This document shows positions 13,962-24,949 of a stretch of DNA of 64,000 nucleotides, one piece after another (the stretch's first letter is position 1; every line of letters starts with the position of its first letter). The stretch is from Eledone cirrhosa. Lineage: Eukaryota. The position numbers and the translations under genes were made by a program. The notes below the pieces were generated by a model. It did no database searches, was not told where the DNA came from, and saw nothing but the letters and a program-made list of their open reading frames with translations. Location: positions 61,938,001 to 62,002,000 of the forward strand of contig OZ024747.1 of NCBI GenBank assembly GCA_964016885.1. The letters are read 5' to 3'.

Positions 13962-14165
13962 TGGTGGATTGGCAGTATCGGTAGAGGGTCGGATGCCATG
14001 CTTTGCAACAAAGAGTTACAGCCCTTTATGGTCTGAGTTCAAATCCCGCCGAGGTTAACTTTGCCTTTCATCATTACGTGGTCGATAAAATAAAGTACGA
14101 GTAGTACTGGGATAATTGCTGGGAAAATTGCTGGCCTTGTGCCAAAAATAGAAACAATTATTATT
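13962..14165 (+). mobile_element. tRNA-derived SINE family A (ATT tail)
   Basis: Head GGTGGATTGGCAGTATCGGTAGAG, B-box-like GAGTTCAAATCC, body CCGAGGTTAACTTTGCCTTTCATC...GTCGATAAAATAAAGTAC, end GGCCTTGTGCCAAAA + (ATT)n. Many homologous copies in the window. Confidence 0.85.
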
Positions 14166-14435
14166 ATACTATCTGTCCTTTACTCAAATAGAGAGTCTCT
14201 GTGTTACAAGAAGAGTTAACAACTCACTAAACTTTTTCAACTCTGTTATTACTTTGGCTACTTTGTATTAGAAACAGCCACCTTCAGTGCTGATTAAGTC
14301 TCCTAACTTATAGAAACTACCTTCACTGCTCATTAGGTCACCCAACTAATAGAAGCTATCAGCTCCTTCTAGGCATTTAAAGGAATATATATTTCATGTG
14401 CATTCCTACTGCCAACTGCTCCTGTGTATCTACAC

Positions 14436-14650
14436 AAACACATATATATATATACACACACAAATATATATATACACACAAAAATATATATATATACACA
14501 CACAAAAATATATATATATACACACACACACACAAATATATATATACACACACATATATATGCACAAACACACGCATAAATATGTGTGAGCATGTATGTG
14601 CATAATATATTTATATATATACATAATGTATATATAATCTGTTTATATAT
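14436..14650. repeat. (TA)n/(CA)n compound microsatellite
   Basis: Direct reading. Confidence 0.95.
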
Positions 14651-14914
14651 AGCTGTCAATAGCAATTTAGCCTAGTTAACTCCGGCTGTAATCCCATCAG
14701 CAGACTTCCACTCTAAGAATCTACAGACTTCTTGGAAATAATATTGATTTACAGAATGTGAACATAGAATACCTGTCCAGTGTCCACCAATGTCCATCAA
14801 TTTAAACTTACAAATCAATGTTGGTCATTTTATAGTTATTGGCCAATGCAAATGAATAGGAAATAAAGAAAAAAAGCTAAATACAGAACTATATCTATAT
14901 CATGTACATAATAG

Positions 14915-15325
14915 AATGACCAGTACATGGAATCCTTGGGTACACTATCTCCTTGCAGTTTTTAACCTTTTTTGACACTGAACCACCCAAAACTGCCTCT
15001 AGCCCTATGATATAAAACCACATCATCATCATCATCCAACTGCAGTAGCAGACCAGTTCATTGAATCCCAGGGTACTTTATCTCCTTGCAGTCTTTAACC
15101 CTTTTTAACACTGAACAGCCCAAGACTGCTCTTGGCCCTATGATATAAAACCATATCATCATCATCATCATATACCATTTCACTGCAGTAGCAGACCAGT
15201 CCATGGAATCCCTGGGTACTTTATCTCCTTGTAGTTTTTAACCCTTTTTAACACTGAACAGCCCAAGACTGCTTCTGGCTATGATATAAAACCACATTAT
15301 CATCATCATCATTCCATGCAGTAGC
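14915..15325. repeat. Three diverged tandem copies of a ~130-bp unit
   Basis: GACCAGT..ATGGAATCC..GGGTAC...TTAACC(C)TTTT..ACACTGAAC...TATGATATAAAACCAC + (ATC)n recurs three times. Confidence 0.85.
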
Positions 15326-15427
15326 AGAGAGTCATAATCCTCTTCCGTCCACTGTAGCTTTCATAATCAGTTATGGTCCCATTGTTGGGTGATTAGCCTT
15401 GTTGATTGTTCAACTACAGTTGTAGAT

Positions 15428-15468
15428 GACCCGACCCGACCCGACCCGACCCGACCCGACCCGACCCA
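15428..15468. repeat. (GACCC)n pentanucleotide microsatellite
   Basis: About 8 tandem units. Confidence 0.9.
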
Positions 15469-16454
15469 ACTCCTCCCCTCCTCCTCCTCATTCCTCCATT
15501 GCAGGCTCCATGATCAGTTATAGTCCCATGTTTGGGTGATTATTCCTGGACATTGCTAAGATTTTAATCCCTAGTTACCAGAACAAATGCTACAAGGCAT
15601 CACCAGCCCCAGATAAGATGTGGAGGAGTGCTTGAGAGAGACCCACAATAATCCGCTCAGGAACCCAGCTCTGGGCACTAACCAACTGATTAATGTAATT
15701 AAAACACCCAAGGAATCTCTCACAATTCCACCAATCCACTCCCATGGCCCGGTATTGTATTTTATTGACTCCAAAGGATAAAGAGTAAAGTTGACCATTG
15801 TAGGGTTTGAACTCAGGGCACAGAGAACTAAACCAAATAGCACGAGATATTCTATTAGATCTTCTAATGATTATCTCTTCTTTTCAACTTACCCTTTATC
15901 ATTTACATTACTCTATATTCGTAGTAAAGGCTTTATCTCACATAATTATCTCTCGGAATCTCAAGTCTACGAGATTTTGATGATGTTATTGTTTATTTTA
16001 AGAATGATATCTTAACGTTAGTGTGAGCTGCTGGTTACAGCCAGTTTCAAAAAGGGCAGATAATTCTGGTCAGATACAACCAGTTTAAATGTTAAAGGGT
16101 TAAAGTCTTCCATTATAATTCAATGTAAGAATATTTTGCCTTAGATATGTCTTGTGGTATAGTGGTTAAGCTGTTTGTGTTTGACTCCTGATCATAAAGT
16201 TTGTGGATTCAATTCATGGACCAGGTGGCAAATAGTTTTCTTGAACAAGATGATTTATTTCATGCTGTTTTTCATGATAGGACTGGTATCTGGGAAGCTC
16301 TAATGAGATACAACCTCATAGGAGCCCAGCAAAATTGCAGAAGTGTGAGCTGAGCTATAAATTTAATTTTTTTCTTTGCTTTCCATTTCAATAAAAGAGA
16401 TTTATTTTACTTAAGTTCCTCCATATTCTTCATTATTTCTGAAGTCAATTAAAT

Positions 16455-16716
16455 TACAGCTCCGATACTATGGGCATGTGGTTAGAATGACTCAAGAAAG
16501 AATTGCTGGACAGATTTTACAAGCAAAACCAACCAGCAGGAGACCCAGAGGTAGACTCCGAGCAAGATGGTTGGATAACAACCATCAACTTGGCTGGACT
16601 CGTTTGGAGATCCAGCCAGATCTGTTGGAGACGGTTGCTTTTGACAGGATCTGTTGGAAGGAGTGTTTGAGGACTCTGCCCCAACAACTCTCTCAGGAAT
16701 AAGTGGAGGAAGAAGA
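16455..16716 (+). mobile_element. RTE-clade LINE 3' fragment
   Basis: Translates QLRYYGHVVRM...PTSRRPRGRLRARWLD, the typical RTE C-terminal motif; ends in (GAA)n. Confidence 0.75.
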
Positions 16717-16888
16717 AAAATTAAAATACGTAGTACATTTCTACAATAACACAGTCAGGAGAGAGTTAATTAAAACTGATTAAGAAAACATTTTTTCTTT
16801 TTTTTCATTTTAATTAGAAAAGTAAAAATGAAGTAAAAGAAATCAGTAAAAATAAAAAAAATAAAAAGACAAGAAAAGCCAATCTCAC

Positions 16889-16973
16889 CTATTGCTCTCA
16901 AGAATCGTATCAAATCTCTGGCAACATCCCATTGGCTGTTGTCCAAGGCAGCATCCAGAAGGAGGGTGGCATG
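16889..16973 (-). CDS. RIC1: RIC1 (RAB6A-GEF complex partner 1) internal exon, 85 bp
   Basis: tttgacag|CAT...ATA G|gtgaga. Encodes HATLLLDAALDNSQWDVARDLIRFLRAI, matching recalled human RIC1 [29 protein letters not shown]; follows the 35280-35366 exon in phase 0. Confidence 0.93.
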
Positions 16974-17014
16974 CTGTCAAAAGAGAAGACAATGGTGATA
17001 AAGGAGGAAAAACT

Positions 17015-17305
17015 GGTGATGGTAGTGGTGGTGGTTATGGTGGAGTTGGCATTACTGATGGTGGTGGTGGTGGAGTTGGCATTACTGATGGTGGTGGAGT
17101 TGGCATTAGTGATGGTGGTGGGAGGAATGGTGGTCACAATATTGGTTGTGGTTATGATGGCGGTGATGTTGGTGATGATGATGATAGTAGTGATGGCAAT
17201 AGGTGTGGTAGTGATAATGGTGATAATGGTAATGGTAGTATGACTGTAGTGGTGGTGATGATGACAATAGTGATTGAGATGATGATGATTATAGTGATGA
17301 TAGTA
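17015..17305. repeat. (GGT/GAT)n degenerate trinucleotide tract
   Basis: Direct reading. Confidence 0.85.
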
Positions 17306-17470
17306 ATATATATAATATTACACACCCCCAATCTTCAAAATAGGCACCACCACTCCTACTTCATAGTTGGTTCAGTGCAAATCAGACTAGGACACATTAG
17401 ATAGAAAGGTGGGGGAGGGGGCAAGAGAGGGAAAGTAAGGTTGGGATTAATGGAAGTTTGGACACATTAA

Positions 17471-17690
17471 CCCTTTAGCATTTACATTACTCTATATTTA
17501 TTATTATATTTTCACGGTAAACACTTTATTTCACATACTATCTCACGTAATATCGAAACTAAGAGATTTTAATATTATTTATTTTGAAAACAATACCTTA
17601 ATATCTGTATGAGTGGCTGGCTATAGCCAGTTTGAACAGAAAGGGGTGAGAAAATTCTGGCCGGATATGGCTGGTTTAAATGCTAAAGGG
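17471..17690. mobile_element. piggyBac-like MITE, 220 bp
   Basis: TIRs CCCTTTAGCATTTA / TAAATGCTAAAGGG flanked by TTAA on both sides; at least 8 related copies in the window. Confidence 0.88.
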
Positions 17691-17769
17691 TTAACTAGAA
17701 GAAATAAAGAGTGGAGGGGTAGAGGAGAGAGAGATGGAGAGAGACAGAGAAAGATAAAGGACATCATAT

Positions 17770-18452
17770 TTCTATAGTGCCAGTTATTGAGGTCAGTTGA
17801 CCAAAGATTGTGTGGTCTGAGAGAGAAAAGACCACACCATATATCTATAGTGCCAGTTGGTGAGGTCAGGTGACCAAAGACAGTGTGGTCTGAGAGACAA
17901 AAGACCACACCATATATCTATAATGCCAGTTGACCAAATATAGTGTGGTCTGAGAGACAAAAGACCACACCATGTATCTTTAGTGCCAGTTTACCAAAGA
18001 TAGTGTGGTCTGAGAGACAAAAGACCACACCATGTATCTTTAGTGCCAGTTGACCAAATATAGTGTGGTCTGAGAGACAAAAGACCACACCATGTATCTT
18101 TAGTGCCAGTTGACCAAAGATAGTGTGGTCTGAGAGACAAAAGACCACACCATGTATCTTTAGTGCCAGTTGACCAAAGATAGTGTGGTCTGAGAGACAA
18201 AAGACCACACCATGTATCTTTAGTGCCAGTTGACCAAAGATAGTGTGGTCTGAGAGACAAAAGACCACACCATGTATCTTTAGTGCCAGTTTACCAAAGA
18301 TAGTGTGGTCTGAGAGACAAAAGACCACACCATGTATCTTTAGTGCCAGTTGACCAAAGATAGTGTGGTCTGAGAGACAAAAGACCACACCATGTATCTT
18401 TAGTGCCAGTTGACCAAAGATAGTGTGGTCTGAGAGAGAAAAGACCACACTA
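17770..18452. repeat. 60-bp minisatellite (~9 units, plus two ~72-bp edge units) with internal inverted repeats
   Basis: Unit TAGTGTGGTCTGAGAGACAAAAGACCACACCATGTATCTTTAGTGCCAGTTGACCAAAGA repeats line for line from 17941 to 18450. Confidence 0.97.
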
Positions 18453-18793
18453 TCTGGAATGGAAGTTATCAATAAGATTGATTACAGAAAAGTTCATCTA
18501 TTGGCAACAGATCAATATATTGGACTTATCCCATGGAGTCACTTGTGGTTATTTGGTGCTGGTGGTGCCACTAGTAGAATGGAGTGGAGTTGATAGACAT
18601 GATGAAGGAGGAAGACATATTGGAGGTGTACTAGATGAAATTAGTGGAGTTTGTATATTGGAAAATGGGAGCATGTGTTTATACACACATACTCACACAC
18701 TATATCATTATATGTATGTATGATCATCATCATCGTTTAACATCCATCTTCAACGCTAGCATAGGTTAGACAGTATATGTGTGTGTGTGTATA

Positions 18794-18841
<48 letters not shown>

Positions 18842-18845
<4 letters not shown>

Positions 18846-18977
18846 AAAAAGTATGACCCCAACGGCAGAGCTCAAGCCGTTTCGACGGCTTTTTCCTACT
18901 TCCCACTCTACTACCCTAAGTATTGAGTACTCTGGTGCGTTATGGTCCATTTGGTTCCTTACCACAATTCCTTTGTT
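18842..18977. mobile_element. Unclassified hairpin-ended short element, copy 1 (one arm partly deleted)
   Basis: Homologous to 32122-32284 (inverted) and 42731-42906; (TA)n on both sides. Confidence 0.7.
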
Positions 18978-18991
18978 ATATATATATATAA

Positions 18992-19370
18992 AGGCGCATG
19001 GCTTAGTGGTTAGAGCATTGGCCTTGCAATCGAAAGGTTGTGAGTTCAATTCTCGGACCGGGTGATGTGTTGTTCCCTTGAGCAAGACACTTTATTTCAC
19101 ATTGCTCCAGTGCACTCAGCTGTAGAAATGAGATGATAGGGACCCCATTCCACTACAAAGTGGTCGTGGAGGCGCCACGGCAAAAAAGCACCCAGCACTC
19201 ACTGTAAATGAGGTTGGTGTTAGGAAGGGCATCCAGCTGTAGAAATCAAGCCAGAATCAGTTCCCGTACGAGCAAGACAAGGTCAGCCGACCAGACACTG
19301 CCCACAACAGGACAACCCGTCTAACCCATGCTAGCATGGAAGAACGGACGTAAAACGGTGATGATGATGA
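18992..19370 (+). mobile_element. Full-length tRNA-derived SINE family B with RTE-derived 3' tail
   Basis: A box TGGCTTAGTGG, B box GAGTTCAATTC, central CCCTTGAGCAAGACACTTTATTTCAC, tail GGTTGGTGTTAGGAAGGGCATCCAGC...CCCATGCTAGCATGGAAG..GGACGT + (GAT)n. Confidence 0.88.
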
Positions 19371-19452
19371 TATATATATATATATATATGTCCCAAGGCT
19401 CTGATACCATCAACACTATACACACAGAGCTGGCATATCTAAGAACTGACTA

Positions 19453-19508
19453 ACTGCCTGATGAGGTCATAGCCATTCAATGGCTATCATCGAAATATAT
19501 ATAGCAGT
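19453..19508 (+). ncRNA. Minimal type I hammerhead ribozyme (Penelope-like pLTR type)
   Basis: Stem I ACUGC/GCAGU, core CUGAUGA, stem II GGU-C-AUAGCCAU(UCA)AUGGCUAU-C-AUC, GAAA, palindromic UAUAUA, UA cleavage site; AATAAA at 19510. Confidence 0.85.
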
Positions 19509-19556
19509 AAATAAAGGATTATGAGTTCATGCAAGTGACTTATGTTTCGCCACTAT

Positions 19557-19591
<35 letters not shown>

Positions 19592-20598
19592 CCTATTTTT
19601 TTTCATTAATGTTAGTAATATTATATAACCTCATCAGAATATATATTGGCCACATGTTTCAGACATCTTATTAAAATGTTACCTTCATATTTACAAAACT
19701 GGAGTAGCAGATATCGAACGATACAAGATGAGATGTAAACAACAGTTTCAAAATATCAATGTTTTTAATTCTAACTAAACAAGGAAACAAAAACACAACA
19801 AAAACACAAAGAAATGTTGTTGTGAAATGAAAATATATGAAGTTTAGATACGATGAACATGTTCTAATGAAGAATGAAACTTGAAAAATGCAGTTTTCTA
19901 ACATGTTAAAGTTATCAAAGGAAACATTTAGATGAAAGGGACTTAGAAAGCAAAGCAAAGCAAAGCAAAGCAAAGTAAATAATAATAATAATAAATAAAG
20001 TAAAATCCAGAAAAATATTTTACAAAACAGAATTATGAAATCAATCTCTCTCTCTCTCTCACTCAGCAAAAGTAAGATTTTTCTTTGACATTTCTGCCAA
20101 GACACAGGTGCCTTTATGTGATTTTTGAAGTATGGTAATCAAGCAAAAATATGAATCATTTCAAACACGGTTGTTAATAAAAATCAAATAAACTAACAAA
20201 TAGAGAGTTATTAAATCATCAACTCCTGTAACAACAACAAAGAATCTACAAGTGTTTTCTTTTCGGTTCCAATAAATTCTTATAGATTCTCAAGTTATTT
20301 TATTTCATCAAAACTTGTTTATTGCATTGTATTTATTATATTTTGTTTATAATGATTTTCTTCTTTAATTCCATTTTTTTTTTTGTTTTTTTGACAAACC
20401 AACATTTTTATTGAGTTGAATGGTTCTTCAATTTTTCAAATTCATAATATCATATTTTGTAATTATTAGGTGGTTGACAATCTGGGAGCATAGTCAAGTT
20501 TTACCAGTGTCTGCACTTGTCCATTGCACATCAAGATGAAACCACAGTCTGAACAATGGAACAACCTGCTTAAGAAATTAGCATACATGTGCCCTTAA

Positions 20599-20983
20599 CC
20601 CTTTAACATTTACATCACTCTATATTTACTATTGTATTTTGAGCGTAAACACTTTTGATATTATTTATTTTGAGAACAATACCCTAACTTCAGTATGAGC
20701 AGCCAGTTACAACTGGTTTGAATAGAAAGAGGTGAGAGAATTCTGACTGGATACGACTGGTTTAACCCTTTAGCATTTACATTACTCTATATATACTATT
20801 GTATTTTCACGGTAAACACTTAACCTCACATAATTATCTCACATAATATCGAACCTACGAGATTTTGATATTGATTTTGAGAACAATACCTTAACATCAG
20901 TATGAGTGGCCAGTTACGGCCAGTTTGAAAAGAAAGAGGTGAGAGAATTCTAGCCAGATACGGCCGGTGTAAATGCTAAAGGG
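20599..20983. mobile_element. Two nested piggyBac-like MITEs (inner copy 20766-20983)
   Basis: TTAA-CCCTTTA at 20595 and 20762; inner copy closes with GCTAAAGGG-TTAA at 20983. Confidence 0.82.
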
Positions 20984-21039
20984 TTAATGTAGGTTTCCTA
21001 GAGATCCGTGGCAGTTTGAAATTTTACAGAAACAACTTT

Positions 21040-21165
21040 TTCTAGCACTGCTAACTGAATGAAGGTGAAATAGAGTGTCTTATTCAAGCACACAATGTAC
21101 TGTGGGGAATTAAACTCACAACCTTATGATCCTGTGAGCCCAAAACCCTAACCACTGAGCCATGT
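21040..21165 (-). mobile_element. SINE family B head fragment
   Basis: Reverse complement reads CATGGCTCAGTGGTTAGGG...GTGAGTTTAATTCC...TTGAATAAGACACT. Confidence 0.65.
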
Positions 21166-21789
21166 GTATGCCATAACAGGAGGATTAATTCTTTAAAACT
21201 AAAAAAAGTTTCTGGATCTGAAGAGAAGATCTAATTCTTGGAATGTGTATTTAGCTCTGTGTTTACATGTGTGCATGTGTTTATAGTTGTGTGCTTCTAA
21301 CTGTGTATATATATATGTGCATATCTGTGTGTGTGGGCATATGTGTGTAAATGCATGTATGTGCACATGTGCACCAGTGCATATGTGTACATATATGTGT
21401 GTGTGTGGGGGGGTGGGGGTGGGCATGTGTGCAGGTATGATGTGCATGTGTATACATGTCTGCATATGCACGTATGTAGTACTTGTGTGTATATATGTGC
21501 ATACTTTGTGAATGAGTGCGTGTGTGTGATGTATGGAGGTATATTTTGTACTTTAGATGATAGTCTAGCAGGGGGACTGCTGAGTGGAATACGTGAAAGA
21601 AGAAACATACTTGCTTTCATGGACAGTTAAACTGACTTGAAGGTCTCTAGGGCTTCAGAAGTTTTGGGAGGTGTTATATGGGGGAGGTGTTGTATTGGGG
21701 GGAGTTATCATGCAAAGCTGTTTATATAGATCACAAAACCTTCAATCATAATTTTATATAGGAATATTTGTTAAGTTATATTGCAAATA

Positions 21790-21995
21790 ATGGTTTCTGA
21801 TTTACGTACAAGGCCAACAATTTTGAGGGAGGAGAAAGCCAATTAAATCCACTAAAGCATTACTGGTACTTTATTTTATCGACCCCGCAAGGATGAAAGG
21901 CAAAGCTAACCTTAGCAGGATTTGAACTCAGATCGTGAAAGGTGTAACTGTATGCTATAAAGCATGTTGTCTGACGCTCTACCAATTTGCAAATC
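21790..21995 (-). mobile_element. SINE family A
   Basis: ACAAGGCC...GGTACTTTATTTTATCGACCCC..AGGATGAAAGGCAAAG..ATTTGAACTCAG. Confidence 0.8.
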
Positions 21996-22508
21996 ATAGG
22001 TTGATACAGCTTGGTACCCAAGATGTCACAACTTATTGTTTTTCCAACTGAGTGAACTGGAGTAACATTAAATAAAGTGTCTTGCTCAAGGATACTATGC
22101 ACTGACTGATCTGATAATGAAACTCACAAACTCATTATTATGAGCCCAATGCTGTAACCATTAAGCCATGCAGGTTAAATGCCTCGGTATTAATCCTGGC
22201 TCACTATGCTCTAATTTCAAAGCCTGCTGAGGTCAACTTTGCCTTTTATCTTTTCAAGGTCGATAAATAAAGTAATAGTCCAGTAGCGGGGGATAGCCCT
22301 CTCTCTTTCTCTCAGCTGATTGCTTCCAGAGAAAGCAACAGTGTTCACACCTGAGGAGGGATGGACATCAACAGATGTGAAATGCCCCAAGACACACAGT
22401 GTGACAGTGTGCAAGGACATAAGGGTCCATTCCTTTTCCTCCAATTATCTCAACAATAACACTTGCTCATAAAAAGAAACAAAAGAAAAAACAAAGCACC
22501 AAAAACTG

Positions 22509-23265
22509 ATGATTGTGGTGGTGATTGTGATGGTGGTGATGGTGGTTGTGGTGATGATTGTGGTGGTGGTGATGATTGTGGTGGTGGTGATGATTGTGGT
22601 GGTGGTGATGATTGTGGTGGTGGTGATGATTGTGGTGGTGGTGGTGGTGATTGTGGTGTTGATGGTGGTGGTGATTGTGGTGTTTATGGTGGTGATGATT
22701 GTGGTGGTGGTGGTGGTGGTGGTGATGGTGGTGGTGGTGTTGATGGTGGTGGTGGTGGTTGTGGTGGTGGTGATGGTGGTGGTGGTGATGGTTGTGGTGG
22801 TGGTGGTGATGGTGGTGGTGGTGGTGGTGGTGGTGGTGGTGGTGGTGGTGGTGGTGTTCTTGGTTTGAAACAAAAAAGAAATCAATATAAAAATTGTTGC
22901 GAGTGTATTTTTGTAGAGTGTGTCTGGTAGATAAGTAAATTTGGGTTTCCCTGAAGGGAGGAATGTAAGAACTGAATAAAGGAGAGGGTGGTTGTGGTGT
23001 GAAGTGTGAGTTGTGGTGTGAGGTGAGAGGTTGTAGTATGAAGTGGTGGTGGTGTTGTGGTACTGAAATGGTGGTGGTGTGTGATGGCGTTGGTGGTGGT
23101 GTGTGATGGTGGTGGTGTGTGATGGTGGTGGTGGTGGTGAGGTGGTGTGTGTTGCTGAGATGGGGTGAGATGGTGGTGGGGTGAGATGGTGGTGGTGTGT
23201 GGTGGTGGTGAGGTGGTGTGTGTTGCTGAGATGGGGTGAGGTGGTGGTGGTGTGTGGTGGTGGTG
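22509..23265. repeat. (GGT/GAT/TGT)n compound trinucleotide tracts
   Basis: Direct reading. Confidence 0.92.
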
Positions 23266-23374
23266 AGCTAATGTTATTTTGATGTGTCAGACAAGTGTGA
23301 TGTGGAAGAGATTTATGCAAACTATTTACTCTCTTCGGCTACAGACCTAACAACATCAATGTAATATCTTATGA

Positions 23375-24172
23375 TGCAGCAACAACAACACCAGCAGCTA
23401 CAACACCAGCAACAACAACACCAGCAACAACAACACCAGCAGCTACAACACCAGCAACAACAACACCAGCAGCAGCAGCAACAACACCAGCAGCTACAAC
23501 ACCAGCAACAACAACACCAGCAGCAGCAACAACAACACCAGCAACAACAGCAACAACAACACCAGCAGCTACAACACCAGCAACAACAACAACAACAACA
23601 CCACCACCAGCAACAACAACAACACCAGCAACACCAACAACACCACCAACAGCAACAACAACAACACCAGCAGCTACAACACCAGCAACAACAACACCAG
23701 CAGCAGCAGCAACAACAGCACCAACAACACCAGCAGCAACAACAACAGCAACACACCAACACCAACACCAACAACACCACCAGCAACAAGAACAACACCA
23801 ACAGCAACAACACCAACACCAACAACAGCAGCAACACCACCAGCAACAACACCAACACCAGCAGCAACAACAACAGCAACACACCAACACCAACAACACC
23901 AACACCACCACCAACAACACCAACACCACCAGCAACAAGAACAACACCAACAACACCAACACCAACAACAGCAGCAACACCACCAGCAACAACACCAACA
24001 CCAACACCAGCAGCAACAACAACAGCAACACACCAACACCAACAACACCAACACCAACACCACCAGCAACAACAACAACACCAACACCACCAGCAACAAC
24101 AACACCACCAACACCAACAACAACAACAGCAACAACAACAACACCGGCAACAAGAATAACACCAACAACAGC
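23375..24172. repeat. (CAA/CAG/CAC)n compound trinucleotide tract
   Basis: Direct reading; source of the poly-Q, poly-C and poly-L pseudo-ORFs. Confidence 0.93.
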
Positions 24173-24260
24173 AGTGTCTCTAAATAGCCTGACACAGCTA
24201 AAAGAGAAACCATCCAACCAGAAAACTGCAGAGAATTAACCAATGGAAAATGGTTTAACT

Positions 24261-24675
24261 TGGGGGGGGGGGGGGGGGGGCAAAGATATAGACAGGCAGA
24301 GATAGGCAAAGAGAAAGATAGAGAGCTAGAGATGGAGAGGGGGGGGGGGCAAAGAGATAGAGAGAGAGGAATAAAGTAGAGAGGTACAGATATATATAGA
24401 AATAGGCAGAGAGAGAAGCAAAGAGAAATGTAGTGAGAGACACAGACAGGGAGGTAGAGATATAGAGAGATAGAGGCAGAGAGAGAGCAAAGAGGGAGAG
24501 AGAAATAAAGAAAGAAATGTAAAGCTATATAGAGAGAGGAAGAGAGATAAGCAGAGAAAGGTAGAGATATAGAAAGAGGAGCAAAGAGAGAGAGAAAGGC
24601 AGAGATATATAGAGAGAGGTAGAGAGAGATAAGCAAAGAGAAAGGTAGAGATATAGATAGATAGATAGGAGGGGG
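24261..24675. repeat. Poly-G plus (GA)-rich purine tract
   Basis: Direct reading. Confidence 0.85.
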
Positions 24676-24949
24676 ATCACCTGACTTTTTCTTTCCCCAT
24701 CATTTCCAAGCAATTTGACATCTTAATAATTTGACTATAAATCACATTTTTCACTATTTTTAAGCAGACAATAATTTATAAGAAAATAAGAATGTGTCCT
24801 ACCCAAATAACAACAATAACAACAAAAAAGCAATAAATAATGATTCTGTCATTTCTAGGATTTGAAGGACACAAAAAAAACAAGAAAAAACAAAAGAATA
24901 AGAAATGCCGAAAAATTGCTAATTAAGTAGAATGGCTTTTCTTTAACAT

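Noticed and set aside
16892-17404. Gly-rich plus-strand ORF
   Set aside because: Antisense of the real RIC1 exon running into a (GGT)n tract.
17918-18472. 184-aa repeat ORF and CRISPR-like appearance
   Set aside because: The frame is open because the unit is 60 bp; inter-hairpin sequence is invariant (no spacers), there are no cas genes and the context is eukaryotic.
18548-18673. Short Ser/Pro/Thr-rich minus-strand frame (MLPFSNIQTPLISSSTPP...)
   Set aside because: About 41 codons, no acceptor or recognisable homology, abuts a microsatellite.
18992-19065. tRNA gene
   Set aside because: A/B boxes are present but continue into a SINE body and LINE-derived tail; no complete cloverleaf is evident.
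22316-22440. Possible plus-strand exon after a CT-rich acceptor
   Set aside because: Stops in all three frames within ~65 nt and no donor site.
23371-24159. Poly-Q ORF (262 aa) and overlapping poly-C/L/V ORFs
   Set aside because: Pure compound trinucleotide microsatellite open in several frames; no unique coding sequence or splice signals.
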